Origin: Octopus vulgaris
Taxonomy: Eukaryota
DNA: 64,000 nucleotides
Direction of reading: 5' to 3'
NCBI GenBank assembly: GCA_951406725.2
Contig: OX597829.1
Location: 17,546,001-17,610,000, forward strand
Positions within the stretch are counted from its first letter, which is position 1. Each line of letters opens with the position of its first letter. Made by a program: the position numbers and the translations under genes. Positions 53,673 through 64,000 of the stretch are shown here, in pieces. The notes under the pieces are model-generated. The model made no database searches and was not told where the DNA came from. It saw only the letters and a list, made by a program, of their open reading frames with translations.

Positions 53673-53850
53673 CTTTCCGTGCCAAGGAGGCAAACCTTTT
53701 GTAACAGTTCTACTGGGCACTCTATTACAATTTTCTTTATATTCTTCTTGATGCCTTCTGATACTATTCCCAAGGACCCAACAATAATTGGTACTATCTT
53801 CACCTCCCTTGTTCATACCCGGGCTATTTCGTACTTATAAGGGTTGTATA
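53672..53850 (-). mobile_element. RLE C-terminal fragment (family of 57130)
   Basis: KIVPIIVGSLG..IECPVELLQKVCLLGT. Confidence 0.75.
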
Positions 53851-53877
53851 TAAGGTTGTAATGATAATAATAATAAA

Positions 53878-54430
53878 GGCCCTGATTCAGTACCAGGCAG
53901 TGGCTCTCGTGGCTTCTGATCTTAACTGATTGGAAGTGTTATCATGTACGTTGTTTTGTCTTGGTATAAAAGATGGGCTACAGCAAATATTCTGCTCAAT
54001 ACCACAGATTTGCTGGTCAGTTGTTTGACCATAACCAGTTGAGCATGTCCCTTAGTGGCTGACATATGTGCATCTCTGATCACGAGCAGAAGTAGTGAGG
54101 TAGCATCATAGCCATGTGTTGAGAGGGATTCTTAGAGGTTTGGATAATTCCCCTTTGGAAACATAGGTGGTTCGTTCAACATCCTTAAACAACCCTTATT
54201 CAGGGACCTTTTGAGTAGGATGGGCTACTTGACCAGAAGAAAATTCTAACTGAGCCCCACCTACAAGGTCAGGTGCTGTTTATCTTGATATGAAATCACC
54301 ATGTCATGCACATATGGTTGTGATGCATGTGCCTAGTGTACCTTATCAGACGGGTAGTCATGATGGGTATACTGGGCTTCGTATATTTTACCCCAGTGTC
54401 ACTTTGATGACATGCACGGCTCTCTCACTC
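53878..54430 (+). mobile_element. Family D, apparently full length, between (TAA)n tracts
   Basis: ggccctgattcagtaccaggc...ctctctcactc-aataat. Confidence 0.88.
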
Positions 54431-57125
<2,695 letters not shown>

Positions 57126-57129
57126 GCAA

Positions 57130-57435
57130 TTTTGAATATGAAAAGTGTAAAATTGCAAGAATTTGGAATAGAAAAGCGAAAAGTTTGTTCCTATAATAAT
57201 TGATGCATTAGGAACTGCAAGCAAAGGTATCGACAAATGGTTGAAGGAGATTGGAATTGAATGTCCTGTAGATTTTCTACAGAAAGCTTGCCTTTTAGGG
57301 ACAGGAAAGATTATCAGGAGGGCCTTGAGCACTTGAAAGACTATTGAATGATATTGAATACCTATACTTACAGGAAGTAATACGATACCCACATAAATGC
57401 TGCCAGGAATAAGACAGAACCTGAGTCAATTCGTA
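57130..57435 (+). mobile_element. RLE retrotransposon 3' fragment (further family)
   Basis: FVPIIIDALGT..IECPVDFLQKACLLGTGKIIRRAL. Flanked by TAA repeats. Confidence 0.8.
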
Positions 57436-57569
57436 AATAGTAATAATAATATGGGACTCTTCCATTGAATACCTTGTATGAGCGTTCAGCTTTTGCTGAG
57501 TGACCTGCAGAAATGATTTGATTATAATGAATCAAACGCTCGTGTCGCACATTATCTTACTCTCTCTCT

Positions 57570-57759
57570 CCAGCAAATCGACGTTGCCTGGACAGACAGG
57601 TGCATAGTGTATCGCGCGTCAGGTGTCGTTGTGATGGCAGAGTAATTTGAGATGAAGTATTTGGTTCATGAACACAACGCACCACCCGGTCTACGAATTG
57701 AAACCACGATCTGGTAATCGTGAGTGCAACACTCTAACTACTAGACTATGCGCCCTCAC
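57570..57759 (-). mobile_element. Degenerate tRNA-derived SINE
   Basis: Reverse complement head tgtgagggcgcatagtctagtagttagagt...ggtttcaattcg. Confidence 0.55.
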
Positions 57760-57877
57760 AATGATGATGATGATGATGATGATGCGCGTAGGCCTTATGC
57801 ACGTAGTAGATATTATTATTATCATTATTATTATTATTATTAATATTAATATTATTATTATTATCATTATTATTATT

Positions 57878-58040
57878 GAAGCAGTTAGCTGGCAGAATCG
57901 TTAGCATGATGGAGAAATTGCTTAGTGGCATTTCGTTCGTTTTTACGTTCTGAATTCAAATTCCGCTGAAGTCAACCTTATCTTTCATCGTTTCGGAGAC
58001 AATACATTAAGTACCAGTGAGACACTGGGGTCGATGTAAT
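57878..58040 (+). mobile_element. Old SINE-A
   Basis: Head and core match. Confidence 0.75.
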
Positions 58041-58199
58041 TATTTTATGATAATAAAAAAGTCATTCTCCTGTAGATTCTCTGAAAATCAGTGTTAAAAG
58101 TCCATTAAGAAACGTATATCATTCATTTCGCTTCTTGTAAATATTGGTTTTCAAATTTTACTCCGTATAAATATTAACAAAAGTTAGTGTTTTACGATC

Positions 58200-58700
58200 A
58201 TAGGAATATCAAATGTGGTTTCTCTTTGTAACAACATGAGGTAGAAGAAAAAATGGCTTCCATAATAATGCAGGGCATCATCACAGTGGATGAAAGGAGC
58301 TCTTTGAAATCGCAGCCTGACTAAATAAATGTGGGACTCAGGTCATAATTCATCATACAAAACATATTTCCTTCGTGGAGATATTTTGTCACCTGCATGG
58401 GCTTCTTCTACTGGAGTTCTGTTGCCAAAAGGGAAGACAGATTTTTCTTATTTCTTCCATTCCTGGAAACCATTTGAGCCCAAAAAATAATATGAAGCAT
58501 CAACCGCGACAACGAAAGACATTTTTTTCAAGGAAATCTTAGCAATAGTTTATGATACTGCAAACTTGTTGTTTCTAATGGATTAAGTTTTGGCACAGCA
58601 GATTTGGTTTTAATTCTTCCTGTCAACCTAGATTGAACCGAGTATCTTTACTCTTTTGTTGCAAGGATATTTTGGTTGTGTTCATCAAGTCGTTTGTTAA
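58200..58700 (-). mobile_element. Possible hAT (TTF-zinc finger/ZMYM1-like) transposase relic
   Basis: Minus strand reads DASY, GFQEWK and YLVRL in the expected order. Confidence 0.3.
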
Positions 58701-59024
58701 AATACTTTTAGGACTGCATTATCCTATGTGGCCTTCTAAGCGTTTGAGATATGTGGAATATTTAGTTGTATTTTTATCTCGCAAGTTGACAGACTTATTA
58801 CAGCAACCACTTCGAGATTGTATCATTAACTAGATTTAATAGTGGCATTCTATACGAACTGAACAATAATGACGTTTTAGGTTGTCCTTAAAAGTCGTTA
58901 TTTTTATTGAGATAAATTGAGTTGTGGTTTATTCTTGTTTCGTTTTGTTTTACTAACATTTTACTTTTTAAATTTAATTTGTAAATAAAACAAGTGTTTT
59001 CTCTTTTTTCACAAACTCATGTTT

Positions 59025-59201
59025 ATGGTTTCAAATTTTGATACAAAGCCAGAGATTTTAGTGAAAGGGGCTGGTTGATTGCATTGATGCCATTGGTCAA
59101 CAGGTACTTATTTTATCGACCGCAAGAGTATGAAAGGCAAAATCGGCTTCAGTGAAATTTGAACTGAGAGACAACGGAAAAAAGGACAAAATGCCGCTAA
59201 G
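59025..59201 (-). mobile_element. Old SINE-A, head cut by the mariner element
   Basis: Core ggtacttattttatcgac...ggcaaaatcggcttc. Confidence 0.65.
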
Positions 59202-59850
59202 TATTGGGTCATTCCATAAATATTGCGATTTTTTATACTTCTTTTATTTTTCAGAATTCAAAGGTCTTTTTTAATCAAAAATATACTCCCCTTCATTTTC
59301 TACAATGCTCTTCCATCTATCTGGTAGACTTGCAATATTCCTCTTCCAAAATTCACTTGTCCGTGATGAAAAATACTCCTCCAGTACCGTTCTGACCTTG
59401 TCTACAGAATTCATATTTTTTCGTTCAAATGATTTTGAAGACTGCGGAATAAATGACAATCAGATGAAGCAATGTCAGGCGAATATGGTGGGTGGGGTAT
59501 CGTTTCCCATTAAAACTCTCCAGCCTTTTGAATGTCATTCTCGCTGTATATCGCCCTGCATTATCCTGATGGAAGAACACCTGACGTCTTGAAACCAAAG
59601 ATGGTCGTTTTTCTTCTCGCTGTAGATCTCGTTTGTTATCGTTTGGTTTGGGCTTAAACGTTCAAAGTGAGCTAAACCGTTCATATTCCACTAAACAGAT
59701 AACAGCATCTTGCGTGGGTGAAGACCTTTAGTCTAGCAACTGCCCATTCCTAAAAAATCTTCATCATGAACATGCGGATCTTCATGCGATGTAAAACAAT
59801 GTTTACATCAATGGTTACCTACCATTTTTAGCTCATGCTTCCCACTCTGG
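59202..59850 (-). mobile_element. mariner transposon relic (transposase C-terminus plus putative TIR)
   Basis: HQDNA, WETIPHPPYSPDIASSDCHLF and LPDRWKSIVENEGEYIFD. End sequence ta-ttgggtcattccataa. Confidence 0.85.
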
Positions 59851-60073
59851 AATCTTAAATTTTTATGTAACTCTCATGAATAGTGAATAAAGAACTTCAA
59901 TTTTCTAATAAATGGTTAATAATAGAAACGGAACACTTTTGATTAATTCAAAATCCTTTAATAAAAAAATATTTGTAAAATCTATAAGATAACAAATTTT
60001 AAATATAAACTGTTTTGAATTACTTTTATCACGAAATTTATTTCTAAGAATATTTAAAAAGTTATCATTTAGA

Positions 60074-60261
60074 AGCAGGCGTGGCCGTGTAGCAAGACGC
60101 TTGCTTCCCAACCACATGATTTCAGGTTCAGTCCTACTGCGTGGGTCCTTGGGCAAGTGTTTTCTATTATAGCTTCGGGCTGCCCAAAGCCTTGTAAGTG
60201 GATCTGATAAACCCGAAACTGAAAGAAGCCTGTCGTGAATCTATCTATCTATCTATCTATC

Positions 60262-60292
<31 letters not shown>

Positions 60293-60640
60293 GTATGTAT
60301 GCATGTATGTATATATGTATGTATGTATGCATGCATGTATGTATGCATGTATGCATGTATGTATGTATGTATGTATGTATGTATGTATGTATGCATGCAT
60401 GCATGCATGTATGTATGTATGTATGTATGTATGTATGTATGTATGTATGTATGTATATGTGTGTTTGTTTCCCACTACCGCTTAACAACTGGCGTCGGTG
60501 TGTTTACGTCCCCGTAACTTAGCGGCTCGGCAAAAAAGCAATAGAACAATTATTGTGGTTGATTCATTCGAATAGAAATTTTTCAAGGCGGTGCCCCAGC
60601 ATGGCCTTACTCTAATGGCTGAAACAAGTAAAAGTAAAAA
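60074..60640 (+). mobile_element. SINE-B with expanded internal microsatellite
   Basis: Head and tail match. Confidence 0.85.
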
Positions 60641-60949
60641 AAAAATAAAAGAATGGAAATTTATAATAATGAATAGACATTTAAAAAGAAATTTGAAACG
60701 TCATGTGATTTCTACATTTACGTATTAGACTCTATGAAAATATCAATGTCTATTAACTGCACATTTATTCTCTATTATTCTATTTCACAAAAAGCAATAA
60801 CACTTTGTTGGGTGGATTATTAAAAAGTCATTTATAATCATACAATATTTTTCGGATATAATGCACATAACAAAACATGCTTCTTTTGACATCCAGAAAA
60901 TTAATAACTTGTGCAAAAACTATTATTTTTTTTGCATAAAAATTATATC

Positions 60950-61947
60950 CTTTACCAAAATAGAAAAATATATCAAATTTTATTTTTTGCTGTATTTATT
61001 CAATGAGATCCTTGTAGCTGATGCAGTTTCGCAAGTTTTCAATATGAGCTGCAATGATTGTTTTAAACCACTGAGCATCACTTCTGCTTACAATTTCTAA
61101 GTGATTGCAACCGAAAAAAAACATTGGGTTAAAACCTGACTCAACAAGGTAAGAAGTAGGAAAATGCAATGACATACAATTTTGACATCCCGCCAAAGCA
61201 AGTGGAATTTCGTCGAAATTTTCACTAGCTATCTACAACCAATTGAGCCGATCATTAAAATTTAGCAGGAGTAGTTTGATTAGTCATCAACTCAATAAAG
61301 CTTACTTATAGTCTGATAGCAACATCAACTGCAACAAACAGGTCTCTCATCCAATTTGTTCAATGTTCATTTCGAAGAGACTTTTGAACCCGATTTTCAT
61401 ATTATGGAGCAGTTTCTTAAAGTCAACCGGATAAAATTTATACCACTTGCAGTTCCACTTCAACGGCAGCAATGCTGGAACATGCATTAACTCAATGAGC
61501 CCAATATTTAAGCTGCATAGATTAAGCTTTCCAAGAAAAGCACTAATTAAATGATTCGTGTAATTTTTTTTACCTTGTAGTTGTCTTTTCAGCAAATTGA
61601 GCTTCTCAAATACATCTGGAATATAGAATACTAGCACTATGACCCAGCAACGCCGGGTCATAGTGCTAGTGCATGCATATACAGCTGCGTGCGTGCGCAC
61701 ATACACGCGAGTACTGTCCAAATCTCAGACATAGAGCTAGCTGGCATTCGATTGGTGTATCAAGTTTCAGGCATTTTGATTGGGTTTTGGATAGAAAATT
61801 CACAAAAAAGTCACATCTAATGATTTTTTAATGGCTTTGCCGGGTGACTGGGGAAATGTAAAGATGTGCACGACCACCCTTGGACGGTTTTGAATGACTT
61901 AAGAAAGTGCGAGCCCTTAATTGAAAAATTGTGCATTTGTATAAAGG

Positions 61948-61997
<50 letters not shown>

Positions 61998-62200
61998 TTT
62001 GCCGTTTATATATATAGAGATGTCACATTTCACTACTAGGATTTCTTCTCCAAGCTGCTTAATACTTACTTATTCTGTTTCATTGCAACACTGTCCTAAA
62101 GCTTCACAAAGCGATAGAAGCAATTATCCTTCAAGATTGTGACGGAATATATGGACTTTAAGAGACTAACAAAATATTTAATTCATTCAAGACTTTCCAG
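60950..62200 (-). mobile_element. hAT (Buster/ZBED8-like) transposase relic, split by a Helitron
   Basis: KDNCFYRF, CDI|FYIPDVFEKLNLLKRQLQGK and FPTSYLVESGF. Confidence 0.7.
61631..62020 (-). mobile_element. Non-autonomous Helitron
   Basis: Minus strand runs A|TCtctatatata...GC-rich hairpin...CTAG|T with no TSD. The hAT reading frame rejoins when it is removed. Confidence 0.75.
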
Positions 62201-62215
62201 TGCCAACTTAGTGCT

Positions 62216-62431
62216 AAAACGTTAGCACGTCGGGCGAAATGCTTGGCGGTATTTCGTCTGCCGTTACGTTCTGAGTTCAAATTCCGCTTAGGTCGACTTT
62301 GCCTTTCATCCTTTGGGGGGCGATTAAATAAGTACCAGTTACGCACTGGGGTCGACATAATCGACTTAATCCATTTCACTGTCTTTGTTTGTCCCCTCTG
62401 TGTTTAGCCCCTTGTGGGTAGTAACGAAATA
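62216..62431 (+). mobile_element. SINE-A, slightly 5'-truncated
   Basis: Body and tail match. Followed by GGTA. Confidence 0.88.
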
Positions 62432-62750
62432 GGTATGGGGGAATGCACCGTTGCAGCCCATCATTGCATCCTCCATTTCTCAGTATTTATTTAGGTTGTC
62501 TTGTGCAACCTTCCGAGCAGCGTCGCAACTAGTCCTCATCTCTGCGAAAACCCCCTCATCTGCCGTGATAATGAGACACCTGTGACCGACCAACACGAGC
62601 CGTCACCCCAACCGGATTTTCAGAAGACAGAACCCGACACGCAGAATCCATTTCGGAAAATCGAGCAGCATGGCAACACAGTTTGAGCTGAGGATCACGA
62701 ATCCTGCAAGTAACAGGATGCATAATCAGAGATAAATTATTATTAAAGTG
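62432..62750 (-). mobile_element. RTE-clade LINE 3' fragment
   Basis: IRDPQLKLCCHAARFSEMDSACRVLSSENPVG, similar to RERQLRLYGHVARFP..DP. Ends gcattcccccatacc. Confidence 0.6.
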
Positions 62751-62856
62751 TCAAATGACCATTTTTTCTGTTACGTTAGAAATTAAGATATGGAAAATGG
62801 AAAATATGCCTTTGTTTGAATGTATTTGTGCGTAGAATTTCAAAGGATTACAAACA

Positions 62857-63455
62857 GGCGGCGAGCTGGCAGAAACGTTAGCACGCCGGGTGAAACACCT
62901 AGCGGTATTTCAGTTGCCGCTACGTTCTGAGTTCAAATTCCACCGAGGTCGATTTTGCCTTTCATCCTTTCGAGGTCGATTCAATAAGTACCAGTTACGC
63001 ACTGGGGTCGATATAATTGACTTAATTCGTTTGTCTGTCCTTATTTGTCCTCTCTGTGTTTATCCCCTTGTGGGTAATAAAGAAATAGCTATTTCGTCTG
63101 TCGCTACGTTCTGAGTTCAAATTCCCCTGAGGTCGACTTTGCCTTTCATCCTTTCGGGGTCGATTAAATAAGTACCAGTTACGCACTGGGGTTGATATAG
63201 TCGACTTAATCCGTTTGTCTGTCCTTGTTTGTCCCCTCTGTGTGTAACCCCTTCTGGGTAATAAAGAAATAGGTATTTCGTCTGCTGTTACGTTCTGAGT
63301 TCAAATTCCACCGAGGTCGACTTTGCCTTCCATCCTTTCGGGGTCGATTAAATAATTACCAGTTACGCACTTAATCGACTATAATCGACTTAATTCGTTT
63401 GTCTGTCCTTGTTTGTCCCCTCTGTGTGTAGCCCCTTGTGGGCAGTAAAGAAATA
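62857..63455 (+). mobile_element. SINE-A tandem trimer, 184-bp period
   Basis: One head, then units starting at 62904, 63088 and 63272. Confidence 0.92.
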
Positions 63456-63799
63456 AGAAATAAGAAAGTTCTAGGAAGATCCAAAATGGCAGCTGTGTTG
63501 TTCACTGTATCGAGGCTGAGACCTCTATAATTCCCAAAATGTTACTGTGGTCCCATTGAACTTTGAATTGCTCCAGATTTGGAAACACTGGTTTACATCA
63601 CAGGCTACAGTCGTATATAGAGACCCCCAATCGACCAATCACTACTTTATTTCAACGAACACAGAACGATGACATGCAAATTTGATATTGGCTGGATTTG
63701 AAATCAGGACATACTAAATTACTATACATAAAACACTAGAATATAATGCCGGGTGCTCTACCAATTCTGTCCTTTAACTGCTTTTTAAATTATTTTACA

Positions 63800-64000
63800 T
63801 AGCCCATGGTTCCGGGTTCAGTCCCACTGCGTGGCATCTTGGGCAAGTGTCTTCTGCTATAGCCTCGGGCTGACCATAGAGTGGATTTGGTAGATGGAAA
63901 CTGTAAGAAGCCTGTCCTATATATGTATATATGTATATGTATGTGTGTGTCCCCCTAGCATTGCTTGACAACCGATGCTGTTGTGTTTACGTCCCCGTCA
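63800..64000 (+). mobile_element. SINE-B, partial (runs off the window)
   Basis: Matches the SINE-B B-box and body. Confidence 0.85.

Noticed and set aside
53878-53945. U1/U2 snRNA or HDV ribozyme at the family D 5' end
   Set aside because: Only short patchy similarity. I could not build a P1/P3/L3 pseudoknot by eye.
62501-62720. GC-rich candidate host exon
   Set aside because: The minus strand is explained by an RTE C-terminus.
62857-63455. CRISPR-like or retrozyme array
   Set aside because: The units are SINE bodies with no unique spacers, and I found no CTGANGA/GAAA hammerhead core.

Overview
This is AT-rich eukaryotic (animal) non-coding DNA. The repeat families resemble those I recall from octopus/coleoid cephalopod genomes, but I could not verify this by search. 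I found no host protein-coding exon I can support, and most ORF-track entries are translated microsatellites. The window is a nested graveyard of mobile elements: (1) about ten fragments from several R4/Dong-type restriction-like-endonuclease (RLE) non-LTR families, most of them docked in (TAA)n arrays, the largest being 54568-57073 with RT, CCHC and RLE domains; (2) Tx1/L1-clade, RTE-clade and HERO-like LINE fragments; (3) three tRNA-type SINE families (A, B, C) and two headless non-coding retroposons (D in (TAA)n, E in (TACA)n); (4) mariner, hAT, MULE, piggyBac-MITE, Helitron and solo-LTR relics. The most notable observations are these. SINE-A shares its 3' tail with the Tx1-like LINE, prefers GGTA target sites and carries such sites internally, so it appears to insert into itself and build 184-bp tandem arrays. 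A tailless U4 snRNA retrocopy with a 9-bp TSD sits inside a SINE. A multi-family retroelement community is specialised on TAA repeats. SINE-C shows tail swapping. There are also variant minimal hammerhead motifs and several long palindromes.
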